Of a stretch of 62,492 bases of DNA, positions 34,037 to 42,544 are shown one piece after another. Source of the DNA: Syntrophaceae bacterium UBA1062 (GTDB lineage Bacteria > Desulfobacterota > Desulfomonilia > UBA1062); the NCBI GenBank assembly GCA_002316295.1, contig DCDF01000240.1:1-62492 (forward strand), written 5' to 3'. The notes below the pieces were generated by a model. It searched no databases. It was not told the DNA's origin and saw only the letters and a list, made by a program, of their open reading frames with translations. The first letter of the stretch is position 1. Each line of letters begins with the position of its first letter. The position numbers and the translations under genes are program-made.

Positions 34037-36460
34037 CTACTCCACGAGACTCTGTACGACCCTCACCGCATCCACGCCGTCCTTCGCGTAATGGGCGCCG
34101 ATTGAATCCGCGTAGGCTTTCGTAACCACGGCCCCGCCCACCAGGAAGGGGCATGAAATTCCGGCCTCGCGGGCCTGTCGGATGATGCTCTCCATACGCA
34201 CCATGGTGGTGGTCATGAGGGCGGAAAGCCCCACGACTTGAGGCTTGTGCAGCACGGCGGCATCGATGATCTCTCGGTCGGGGACATCCTTCCCAAGATC
34301 TATCACCTCAAACCCGTGGTTCTTCAGCATCAGCGAGACAATGTTTTTGCCGATGTCGTGGATATCGTCTTTGACCGTCGCCAGAACGATAGTCCCCTTT
34401 TTCTTCAGGCAGGTCCCAGCACTCTTGAGAAGAGGCTCCAGGCGCTCGAAGCCTTTTTTCATGGCCTCTGCGCTCGCAATGAGCTGCGGCAGGAAAAAAA
34501 CCCTGCTTTCATAGAGGCTTCCCACCTCCTGGATTGCGGGAACCATGGCGTTGTCCACCAGTTGCTGGGGTGTTATGTTTTCGGCTGTCGCCCTGTCGAT
34601 GAGATCAATGATCTCATCTCGAGAACCATCGATGACGGCGTCGTACACCCTCTCAAGCGCGGAGCGTTCCTTGCCTTTCACCCCGTCAGCACCCGACTGT
34701 TTCGCTGCATCGTCAGCGGGAGCGGAGCCCGCCAGATGAGCGATATAATCCCTTGCCTGGGGGTCCCGGTTCATGAGCACGTCGGATGCACGCTTGATCT
34801 GCATGAACTCGGCGTTCATAGGGTTGGCTATAGCCAGGGTAAGGTCGCACGATGACGCCATTGCCACAAACGCCGAGTTGATCCACTTGCGCTCAGGCAG
34901 ACCGAAAGAAACGTTGGACAGTCCGAGCACGGTTCGTACGCCGAACTCCGCAGAGCACCACCGGAGGGTGGCAAGGGTCTCCAGGGCGGCCCGGGGATCG
35001 GCCGATACCGCCATGGTCAGCGCATCCACCACGATATCGTCCTTCAAGAATCCGTAGCCGACTGCCCGCACATACATATCCTCGACGATTTTCTGCCGTT
35101 CCAGCGAGCTTCGAGGAAGCTTTTTCCCAGTCAGGGGGAGGAGTATGAACATGGCTCCGTAACGTTTTGCGGTTTCCAGCAGCTCTTCGAGCTTGTGCTC
35201 CTCTCCGGAGATGGAGTTGATGAGTGCGCGGCCGGGGTAGATTCTCAGAGCCTTTCCGATGGCATCGGGAATGGAGGAGTCGATGCAGAGCGGAGCATCG
35301 GACGTCGCCGACAGGGTCTTGACGACCTCTCTCAAGGTCAGCGCTTCGTCGATGCCGGGCATGCCCACGTTCACATCCAGCAGGGAGGCCCCGCTCATCG
35401 TCTGCTCATGTGCAAACTTCTTAACCAGGGCCGTTCGGCCCGAAAGCAGCTCCTCTTGGAGATCTTTCTTCCCTGTGGGGTTGATGCGTTCGCCGATAAT
35501 GACCAGCGGCCCCTCCCTGTCGAGCCGGATTGTCTTCCGGGCCGAGCTCAGGGCGGACGGAACGCTGCCAGTGTCCTGCACGGGGGTGATGTGCGCAGCC
35601 CTATCCTTCAGCGCCCGGATATGCTCCGGCGTCGTTCCGCAACAGCCGCCCAGGAAAACCGCGCCGGACGCCGCAAACTCACCCGCGAACCCTGAGAACT
35701 CCTCCGGGGCCATGGGAAACACGGCCTTTCCATCGCGCAACACCGGCAGCCCGGCGTTTGGTTTCGCTACAAGGGGCACCTTCGCATACGGCGCCATTGC
35801 CCTGACCAACGGGAGCATTCCCTCAGGCCCCATGGAGCAGTTGCATCCCACGGCATCGGCCCCGAGAGACTGAAGCGTGACCAGCGCAGAGACCGGATCC
35901 GTGCCATTCAAGGTGCGGCCGGCCGACTCATATGTCATGGTGACGATAGTGTATGCATCGGTGAGCTCCCGCACGGCGATCAGCGCAGCCCGCGCCTCCT
36001 GGATGTCGATCATGGTCTCGATCACCAGAAGATCGACACCTCCATCCAGAAGACCCTGTACCTGGTCCTTGAATGCAGACACGGCGTCCTCGAAACCCAG
36101 GTCGCCGAACGGCTCGATGAACCTCCCCGTTGGACCCACATCTCCTGCAATGAGGCAGGCATCCCCGACCGCCTGCCGGGCAAGCCGGGCCAGATCCCGG
36201 TTGATCTCCCGGACACCCGTCTCCCCGTACTGTGAGAGCTTGTATGCGTTTGCGCCGAAGGTCGACGTATAGACGATGTCAGCCCCGGCCGAATGGTAGC
36301 CCCGATGCACCGCCTTGAGGCTTTCCGGGTTCTTCAGGCACCACAGCTCCGGGCAGGCGCCTCCCGGCATGCCCCGTTCCTGCAGCTGGGTCCCGGTCGC
36401 TCCGTCGAGGATCACGAGCCTTTGCGCCTTCACGCGTTCGATTCTCTCTTTCGTCTTCAC
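34037..36460 (-). CDS. metH: methionine synthase MetH lacking the AdoMet activation domain
   Basis: 807 aa. Hcy S-methyltransferase, pterin-binding and B12-binding (DIHDIGKN) domains. Confidence 0.9.
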   Translation of the reverse strand: MKTKERIERVKAQRLVILDGATGTQLQERGMPGGACPELWCLKNPESLKAVHRGYHSAGADIVYTSTFGANAYKLSQYGETGVREINRDLARLARQAVGDACLIAGDVGPTGRFIEPFGDLGFEDAVSAFKDQVQGLLDGGVDLLVIETMIDIQEARAALIAVRELTDAYTIVTMTYESAGRTLNGTDPVSALVTLQSLGADAVGCNCSMGPEGMLPLVRAMAPYAKVPLVAKPNAGLPVLRDGKAVFPMAPEEFSGFAGEFAASGAVFLGGCCGTTPEHIRALKDRAAHITPVQDTGSVPSALSSARKTIRLDREGPLVIIGERINPTGKKDLQEELLSGRTALVKKFAHEQTMSGASLLDVNVGMPGIDEALTLREVVKTLSATSDAPLCIDSSIPDAIGKALRIYPGRALINSISGEEHKLEELLETAKRYGAMFILLPLTGKKLPRSSLERQKIVEDMYVRAVGYGFLKDDIVVDALTMAVSADPRAALETLATLRWCSAEFGVRTVLGLSNVSFGLPERKWINSAFVAMASSCDLTLAIANPMNAEFMQIKRASDVLMNRDPQARDYIAHLAGSAPADDAAKQSGADGVKGKERSALERVYDAVIDGSRDEIIDLIDRATAENITPQQLVDNAMVPAIQEVGSLYESRVFFLPQLIASAEAMKKGFERLEPLLKSAGTCLKKKGTIVLATVKDDIHDIGKNIVSLMLKNHGFEVIDLGKDVPDREIIDAAVLHKPQVVGLSALMTTTMVRMESIIRQAREAGISCPFLVGGAVVTKAYADSIGAHYAKDGVDAVRVVQSLVE

Positions 36461-36478
36461 AAGCCCCCCGTCTTTGCG

Positions 36479-37147
36479 TCAAGGATTCCCCGCCCTGATG
36501 CCTGCAACCGCGGTCACGGACTTTTCAGGAATCAGGATGCACGAATCCGTAATCTCCACACCAATCTCGCCGAGCCTCAGCCGTTCGTACATGATCCTCT
36601 GATTCTCCAGCTCGAAATCTCCATACCCTGCTGAAAAGCGCCGGGAGGTGATCGCCAGGCCCTCTCTTCTCACCTGCCGCCCGATATATGCAGATATCCA
36701 GTCCAAGGCGCAGTCGGTCATCTCGCTCGCCGCAGCGTCGAGCACCACCGCCCGGGAAAGATTTCCCTTCTCGGAGACCTTCCGGATCTCTTCCATGATC
36801 CTTCCGCCGGCCGTTGCGCCCATGACGAGCACCTTATGCGATCCGGAAAGCATCCGGGCGAGACCGGCGCTCCTGAGCGCTTCACCCGTGCCCAGCACAA
36901 CAGTGTCGCCGTGACGCACCTCAACAGGGAGTATCAAGGCGGAACCCTTGAGCTCGATGAAGCGGGCGGCATCCTGGAGCGCGGCCTCTACCTCCCGCCG
37001 CTGCTCCCGGCTGACCCGTGTGAGCGCCTTCCGGTATCCGAGCCGGCGGTAGACCGCGTCGACGGGCATATCCAGATGAATGGCATGAAAAAGAACCGGA
37101 TCCTTCACCATCTGCTCAGATCTAGTCATAAATCCGATAAGTTTCAA
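36479..37147 (-). CDS. stand-alone methionine synthase activation-domain protein
   Basis: 222 aa. RFSAGYGDFELENQ...GVEITDSCILIPEKSVTAVAGI is typical of the Met_synt_B12 domain. Confidence 0.75.
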   Translation of the reverse strand: MKLIGFMTRSEQMVKDPVLFHAIHLDMPVDAVYRRLGYRKALTRVSREQRREVEAALQDAARFIELKGSALILPVEVRHGDTVVLGTGEALRSAGLARMLSGSHKVLVMGATAGGRIMEEIRKVSEKGNLSRAVVLDAAASEMTDCALDWISAYIGRQVRREGLAITSRRFSAGYGDFELENQRIMYERLRLGEIGVEITDSCILIPEKSVTAVAGIRAGNP

Positions 37148-37339
37148 GCCATTCTTTGATCTGCACGTTCCAGGGCCGCGACACGAAAAAGTAATTGCCC
37201 TTTCACCGAGGATTCCTGTATCTATTATTGGCCTTCATCATACATGAATACCAGGAAAAACAAGGGAAATATCTTGGTAATTTGTTTGTCTTATGATAAC
37301 ATGATAACACATACTGTGTATTGACAACGAGGTGTTCGC

Positions 37340-38812
37340 ATGGATCTCACGAGACTTTTTTTCCCCCGCACGATTGCGGTAATCGGAGCATCTCCCCATC
37401 TGGGAGGAGGAAAGCTTCCCTACTATCAGGTTATTCAGCTCGCAGGATATCAAGGCAGGCTCTACCCGATAAACCCAAAGTACCAGGATATCAACGGGGC
37501 AAAGGTCTATGCCTCTCTGGACGATATTCCCGAGCCCATCGATCTGGCCATCGCTTCCGTCCCGGCCAAACTCGCGCTTGAAACCGTTGAATCCGCCGCG
37601 AGGAACAAGGTCGCATTCCTGCACTTCTTCACGTCGGGCTTCTCCGAGGTCGGCAACAGGAAGCTCGAAGAGGACATGCTCGAAGCCGCCCGGAAAGGCG
37701 GGACCAGGATTGTCGGCCCCAACTGCATCGGAATCCACTGCACCGAGTCCGGGGTCACCTGCGACCTTCCCAAGAGCCCGATGAAGGGAATCGGAAATGT
37801 GGCTTTTCTGGGGCAGTCGGGCGGCATGACCCATAACTTCATGCGCATGGCCCACTCGCGCTATCTGGAGCTGAACAAGGTGGTGTCCTACGGCAACCAG
37901 ATCGATCTCAAGGTCGAGGACTATCTCGACTACTTCGCGGATGACGATACCATCAAGGCGGTGGCCGCATACATCGAAGATATCAAAGACGTGAGGCGCT
38001 TTCTGAAGGTCCTCGAGAAAACCACGGCGATCAAGCCCGTGATCATCCTCAAGGGCGGCACCACCGAGCAGGGAGCCCGCGCAGCTGCATCACACACCGG
38101 AGCGATGGCGGCGCGCCATGATCTCTGGTCTTCTGTCATGCGGCAGTACGGCTGCATCGAGGCGCATAATTTCGAGCACATGGTGGATCTCGCCATGATG
38201 GCGGTCGCACAGAAGGTCCCCTGCGGAAACAGGCTCGGGTTCCTGGGCGCCGGGGGAGGAACATCGGTTTTGTTCACGGATTTCGCCTCCCATCACGGCC
38301 TCGTTCTCCCCGAACTCGGAAGCATTGCACAGGAGAAGATCGGCCGCAAGATCAGCAACGTGAACACGAGCACAACCAACCCGGTGGACCTGGGCTTCTA
38401 CGGGTTCGACTTTCACATCATGGCCCACACTATTCAGGCCATGGCCGAGGACGACAACATCGACGTCATCATCCCCTATTTTTCTCTCGACTTCATCACC
38501 TCCTTCCAGAGCGACCAGGTCGAAAGCGGGCCTCACGCCATTGTCGAGGCGTTTCAGACGACGGACAAGCCCGTTGTGCCCATCCTCTCCCGCTTCACGG
38601 AAAACATCCTGGAGATCGAGAAGGTGCGCATCCGGATCACCGAGCTGTTCAGGAAGGCGGGGCTCGCGGTGTTCAGCACCCCGCAAGACGCCATCGCCTC
38701 CATCAGCGGCATCCTCAGATGGAAAAGATATCACTCCGGCCTGAACGCCCCTTCCAATCCCGCCGCTATTGATGTAAGGATTCTGGAAGCTGAAAGGGAA
38801 TGCAAGAGATGA
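37340..38812 (+). CDS. CoA-binding acetyl-CoA synthetase (ADP-forming) alpha-like protein
   Basis: 490 aa. N-terminal CoA-binding motif IAVIGASP...YPINPKY and a succinyl-CoA-ligase-like flavodoxin domain. Confidence 0.8.
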   Translation: MDLTRLFFPRTIAVIGASPHLGGGKLPYYQVIQLAGYQGRLYPINPKYQDINGAKVYASLDDIPEPIDLAIASVPAKLALETVESAARNKVAFLHFFTSGFSEVGNRKLEEDMLEAARKGGTRIVGPNCIGIHCTESGVTCDLPKSPMKGIGNVAFLGQSGGMTHNFMRMAHSRYLELNKVVSYGNQIDLKVEDYLDYFADDDTIKAVAAYIEDIKDVRRFLKVLEKTTAIKPVIILKGGTTEQGARAAASHTGAMAARHDLWSSVMRQYGCIEAHNFEHMVDLAMMAVAQKVPCGNRLGFLGAGGGTSVLFTDFASHHGLVLPELGSIAQEKIGRKISNVNTSTTNPVDLGFYGFDFHIMAHTIQAMAEDDNIDVIIPYFSLDFITSFQSDQVESGPHAIVEAFQTTDKPVVPILSRFTENILEIEKVRIRITELFRKAGLAVFSTPQDAIASISGILRWKRYHSGLNAPSNPAAIDVRILEAERECKR

Positions 38813-39753
38813 GATATCTGGTCATGGGCGCCGGCGCCTTGGGAAGCGTCTTCGGCGGCCTGCTCGCAGAGAAGGGCCGACAGGTGACGTTCGTAGGGCT
38901 CGACGATCATCTGAAGGCCATGCAGGATCGTGGCCTCACCATCAGGGGCATCTGGGGGGATCACGTAATCCCGGAGGTCAGGGCCTTCTACGGCGTGCAG
39001 GGGCTCCAGGGGGCCTTCGATATCGTGCTCCTAAGCGTGAAGTCCTATAACACCTCCCGGGTGATCCAGCAGGCCCTGCCCTTCATGCATGACCGCACCC
39101 TGGTGTTCTCGATCCAGAACGGCCTGGGGAACTGGGAGGCGATCGCGCGGGTCGTGGGGTGGAACCGGACCGTAGGGGCCCGGGTGATCTTCGGGGCCGA
39201 AATCGAGGAGCCGGGTATTGCGCGCGTCACGGTCTATGCGGACAAGGTGCTGCTGGGAAGCCCCTCAGGCGACGTGCCCGAAGAGAGGATCCGGCAGGTT
39301 GCGGACGACTTCAACCAGGCCGGCATCCCGACTGCGTTGAGCGACCACATCGAATCGTCCCTGTGGGGCAAGGTCCTCTACAACTGCTCGCTGAACGCTC
39401 TGGGCGCCATACTGAACGTGCCGTACGGGCATCTCGAGACCGTACCCGAGCTGCGTGAAACCCTTCGGCGGATCATTTCCGAGATCTTCGCCGTGGCCAA
39501 GGCCAAGGGGGTCGCGCTTCCCTATGCGGGGCCGGAGGAATACTACCGGTTTCTCATGCAGGAGCAGCTCCCGCCCACTGCGGCCCACCGGTCGTCCATG
39601 CTCCAGGACTTGGACCGGGGGAATCTGACCGAGATCGATGCCTTAAACGGCGCCATCGTACGCTACGGAAAGGATCTCTCGGTACCCACGCCCGTAAACG
39701 AGGTTGTCACAGCCATCATCAAGGGCATAGAGGCGAGGGGTGCGGGGGCCTGA
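38809..39753 (+). CDS. panE: 2-dehydropantoate 2-reductase (ApbA/PanE family)
   Basis: MRYLVMGAGALGSVFGG Rossmann motif. ATGA overlap with the upstream stop. The alternative ATG is at 38800. Confidence 0.85.
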   Translation: MRYLVMGAGALGSVFGGLLAEKGRQVTFVGLDDHLKAMQDRGLTIRGIWGDHVIPEVRAFYGVQGLQGAFDIVLLSVKSYNTSRVIQQALPFMHDRTLVFSIQNGLGNWEAIARVVGWNRTVGARVIFGAEIEEPGIARVTVYADKVLLGSPSGDVPEERIRQVADDFNQAGIPTALSDHIESSLWGKVLYNCSLNALGAILNVPYGHLETVPELRETLRRIISEIFAVAKAKGVALPYAGPEEYYRFLMQEQLPPTAAHRSSMLQDLDRGNLTEIDALNGAIVRYGKDLSVPTPVNEVVTAIIKGIEARGAGA

Positions 39754-39912
39754 TCCCTGCCCGTGAAATCCCCGGGAAGCCCGGCATCCGGGAAGACGCG
39801 TGACTTCCGCCTCCTCCCGGCCGCGGCGCGTGTCCGCCTTCCGCTTATCGTCACGGCAGAGGAAATCCCTTGGGCCCGGAAGATCCCGGAAACCGCCTGA
39901 CCGGCCGCCAGA

Positions 39913-41313
39913 TCATTCCGCGCCGGTCCTCTCTCCCGCCTCCTGCGCAGAGGGCGCTTCGCTCCCGGCTGCGAGCCTGATCTCCCGGTACATGGACAGA
40001 TCGAGTCCCTCCCAGGCGCAGGGAAGCAGCGTGTTGTTGTGCAACAGGGGGTCCTCGTCCAGAGGGTATCTGCTCGTCCGTACGGCCTTCTCCCACATGC
40101 CGGTGCCGGGCAGGGGCGAATACTCGGCGATGACGGGTCTGGCGCCCGAGCTCCTGACGAACTCGACGGCATCGAGGACCTCCCGCGCATGCTGGCCCGG
40201 CAGGCCGCAGAGGATATACACTCCGATATCCGAGGGGTTGAATCCCGCGCGGGTGAGGTTTTCCAACGCCCTCAAGAACTCATCGTTGGAGACCTTTCCG
40301 CCGGTAGCTTCCTGCAGGGCGGGGTCCGAGGTCTCCAGGCCGAGCCGTATGGTGGCGAACCCGCTTTCCTTCATGGCTGAAGCCACCTCCCGGCTCAAGT
40401 ATCGGGCGTGAAGGGCATTGGGGCAGTGAAACCGGACGTCAAGCCGCCTCCGGGCGATCTCCTTCATGAACGGCAGGGCGAGCCTCCCGCTCCGGAAGAG
40501 AAAGGCGTCGTCATACAGGGCGAAATCAGCCACCCGGTTTCGCCGGTGCCAATGCTCGACCTCGTCGGCCACCTTGAGCGGATCTCTCGTTCGCAGGCCG
40601 GGCGCGAGCAGATGTGAGGCGCAGTAGGTGCAGCGAAACGGGCACCCCCGGGAGGTCTGGATGCAGACATACCTCAAGGGCTCAACGAGGTCGAACAGGG
40701 GATAGGGAAGGCTGTCGAGATTCTCCATGTCAGGATAATACTCCGGGCTTGTACCCCAGAGCCTGCCGAGCACCTGCAGTACCTCGAGCTCGCCCTCCCC
40801 GCACAGGACATGGTCGGCGCCTGAGTGTTCCCGGGCGTGGTTGCTGCACAGGGTCGCATAGATTCCCCCCAGCAGGATCACGGCCCCGGGAAAGGCCCCA
40901 CGCACGCACGTAATCGTCTCGTGCACTCCCGGATACCAGTAGGTCATCCCCGAGGTGATCAGGATCGCATCCGGCTCTTCTATCCGCTCGAGATCATGGA
41001 AAAACGCCTCCCGGCTGATGCCGTACCTGCCGTATCGCCTGGGAAACCCTTTCAGGGGAGCAGGAGAATCCACGATCCGGCGATAGAACTTGCCGCGCCC
41101 GCCCGGATGCACCTTGGGAGGCTTGTCGCTCATCTGTTCGTGGGGCGTCTTGAGGCAGTCCACAAAGGACACCTCGCACCCGTTGAGCTTGAGGAGCGCG
41201 CCCAGATAGAGGAGCCCCAGCGGCTTTGCCCACAGATCGTACGCTGCAAAGTCATAGATCCAGGGGTTGACCAGGAGAACCCGTTTTCCTTTCATGCCTT
41301 GCCGTCCCTTCAC
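39913..41313 (-). CDS. B12-binding-domain radical SAM protein
   Basis: 466 aa. RVLLVNPWIYDFAAYDLWAKPLGLLYL N-domain and CxxxCxxC (GCPFRCTYC). The alternative ATG is at 41295. Confidence 0.9.
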   Translation of the reverse strand: MKGRQGMKGKRVLLVNPWIYDFAAYDLWAKPLGLLYLGALLKLNGCEVSFVDCLKTPHEQMSDKPPKVHPGGRGKFYRRIVDSPAPLKGFPRRYGRYGISREAFFHDLERIEEPDAILITSGMTYWYPGVHETITCVRGAFPGAVILLGGIYATLCSNHAREHSGADHVLCGEGELEVLQVLGRLWGTSPEYYPDMENLDSLPYPLFDLVEPLRYVCIQTSRGCPFRCTYCASHLLAPGLRTRDPLKVADEVEHWHRRNRVADFALYDDAFLFRSGRLALPFMKEIARRRLDVRFHCPNALHARYLSREVASAMKESGFATIRLGLETSDPALQEATGGKVSNDEFLRALENLTRAGFNPSDIGVYILCGLPGQHAREVLDAVEFVRSSGARPVIAEYSPLPGTGMWEKAVRTSRYPLDEDPLLHNNTLLPCAWEGLDLSMYREIRLAAGSEAPSAQEAGERTGAE

Positions 41314-41424
41314 CCTCGCCTGTCATGGCCTCCCATACTTCCGGGCACGGCTATCCTACCTCTGTCGCTCCATGGATGGCAAGCCGCTGCAAAGGGTGTT
41401 GCCCCCCCATAATCGAGCCGGCCC

Positions 41425-42543
41425 TTACCGGAATGTGGCCTTGAACCGGTACATGGCCCCGATGAACAGCACCGTGCCGATGAGAGCCATGGCAACGAGT
41501 TGCGGCCATACTGTGCCGAGCCCGGCATCCTTGAACAGGACTCGCGCGCAGAACTCCAAGTAGTGGGTGGTCGGCGCGAACTGCATGATGTTCTGCAAAA
41601 GCGGCGGCATTGACTCTAAGGGTGTGGTCCCGCCGTGCAGTATTCCTATGGGAACAATGATGGGCATGCTCAAGAGCCCTGCCTGGGGCATGTTCTTGGC
41701 AATGGTCGCAAGGAACACCCCGAGCTCGGTGGCTGCATAGAGAAACACGACGGTGCCGAAGAGAAAGAGAACGGTGGAGCCGTGGATCGGCGCTCCGATG
41801 ACCCCCTTTATGGCAAAGAAGAGTGAGAACATGGCCCCTGTGGCAACGATGAAGCTGTTGGCCCAGACCTTTGCGATGGTGATCTCCACAGGGAGCAGCG
41901 GCATGACGAGCAGATGCTCCACGGTGCCGCGCTCCTTCTCCTTGATCAGGGCAGCGGTGGGCAGGACGATGGACAGCATGGTGATCATCTGGGTGAGGAA
42001 CACGACACTCATGTACCACGAGTTTTCCCGGTTCTGGTTGTAGAGCACACGGGTGACCAGCCGGATGGGCAGGTCGGCTTCGGTGCTCACGCCGGTCACG
42101 AAGGTATTGATCTCATCGTTGATGATCCTCATGAGGTAGCCTGCCCCGAGCCTGGCATGGCCGATGGCCGTGGCGTCGACATCTATGCGGACCCCTGGGT
42201 TCTTTCCCGCCAGCACGTCCCGCTGGAACCCGCGCGGGATATGGATGACGAAGATGCACTCGGCGTTGTCGAGGACCCGGTCGATCTCGGAATATGCAAT
42301 GGCGCGGGGTTTCTTGAAATGCGGCTCTTGTATGGCGTCTATGATCCGTGCAGACAGGGTGGAGCAATCCTCGTCAACATAGGCCACCGAGGAGTTGCGC
42401 ACCTGGAGGCCCGTGCCCTTGGAGGGGACGATGATCATGATCGTGAAGCAGTATATGACCAGGGCCACCAGCACAAAGTCGTAGCGGAAGCTGATGAGCT
42501 CCTTGAGCCCGAGCCGGTAGATGTGCCAGACCTTTCTTTTCAT
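41425..42543 (-). CDS. ABC-2 type transporter permease (YhhJ-like)
   Basis: 372 aa. N-terminal TM helix plus large loop plus C-terminal ABC-2 membrane domain. Confidence 0.9.
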   Translation of the reverse strand: MKRKVWHIYRLGLKELISFRYDFVLVALVIYCFTIMIIVPSKGTGLQVRNSSVAYVDEDCSTLSARIIDAIQEPHFKKPRAIAYSEIDRVLDNAECIFVIHIPRGFQRDVLAGKNPGVRIDVDATAIGHARLGAGYLMRIINDEINTFVTGVSTEADLPIRLVTRVLYNQNRENSWYMSVVFLTQMITMLSIVLPTAALIKEKERGTVEHLLVMPLLPVEITIAKVWANSFIVATGAMFSLFFAIKGVIGAPIHGSTVLFLFGTVVFLYAATELGVFLATIAKNMPQAGLLSMPIIVPIGILHGGTTPLESMPPLLQNIMQFAPTTHYLEFCARVLFKDAGLGTVWPQLVAMALIGTVLFIGAMYRFKATFR

Positions 42544-42544
42544 G

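Noticed and set aside
37275-37289. TGGTAATTTGTTTGT as a possible sigma-54 promoter for 37340.
   Set aside because: The -12 element reads TTGT rather than TTGC and -24 lacks the GC of TGGCAC. The match is too weak.
37148-37339. Cobalamin or SAM riboswitch upstream of the metH activation gene / metH.
   Set aside because: Only a GGTGAAAGGG fragment was seen. There is no B12 box (GCCACTG) or SAM-I core, and the region is only 192 nt, shared with a divergent promoter.
39763-39795. Short GC hairpins (CCGGG-aag-CCCGG, CCCGG-cat-CCGGG) between the convergent panE and radical SAM genes, considered as intrinsic terminators.
   Set aside because: The stems are only 5 bp and there is no U-tract on either strand. 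Likewise, no convincing rho-independent terminator was found elsewhere, so none is reported.
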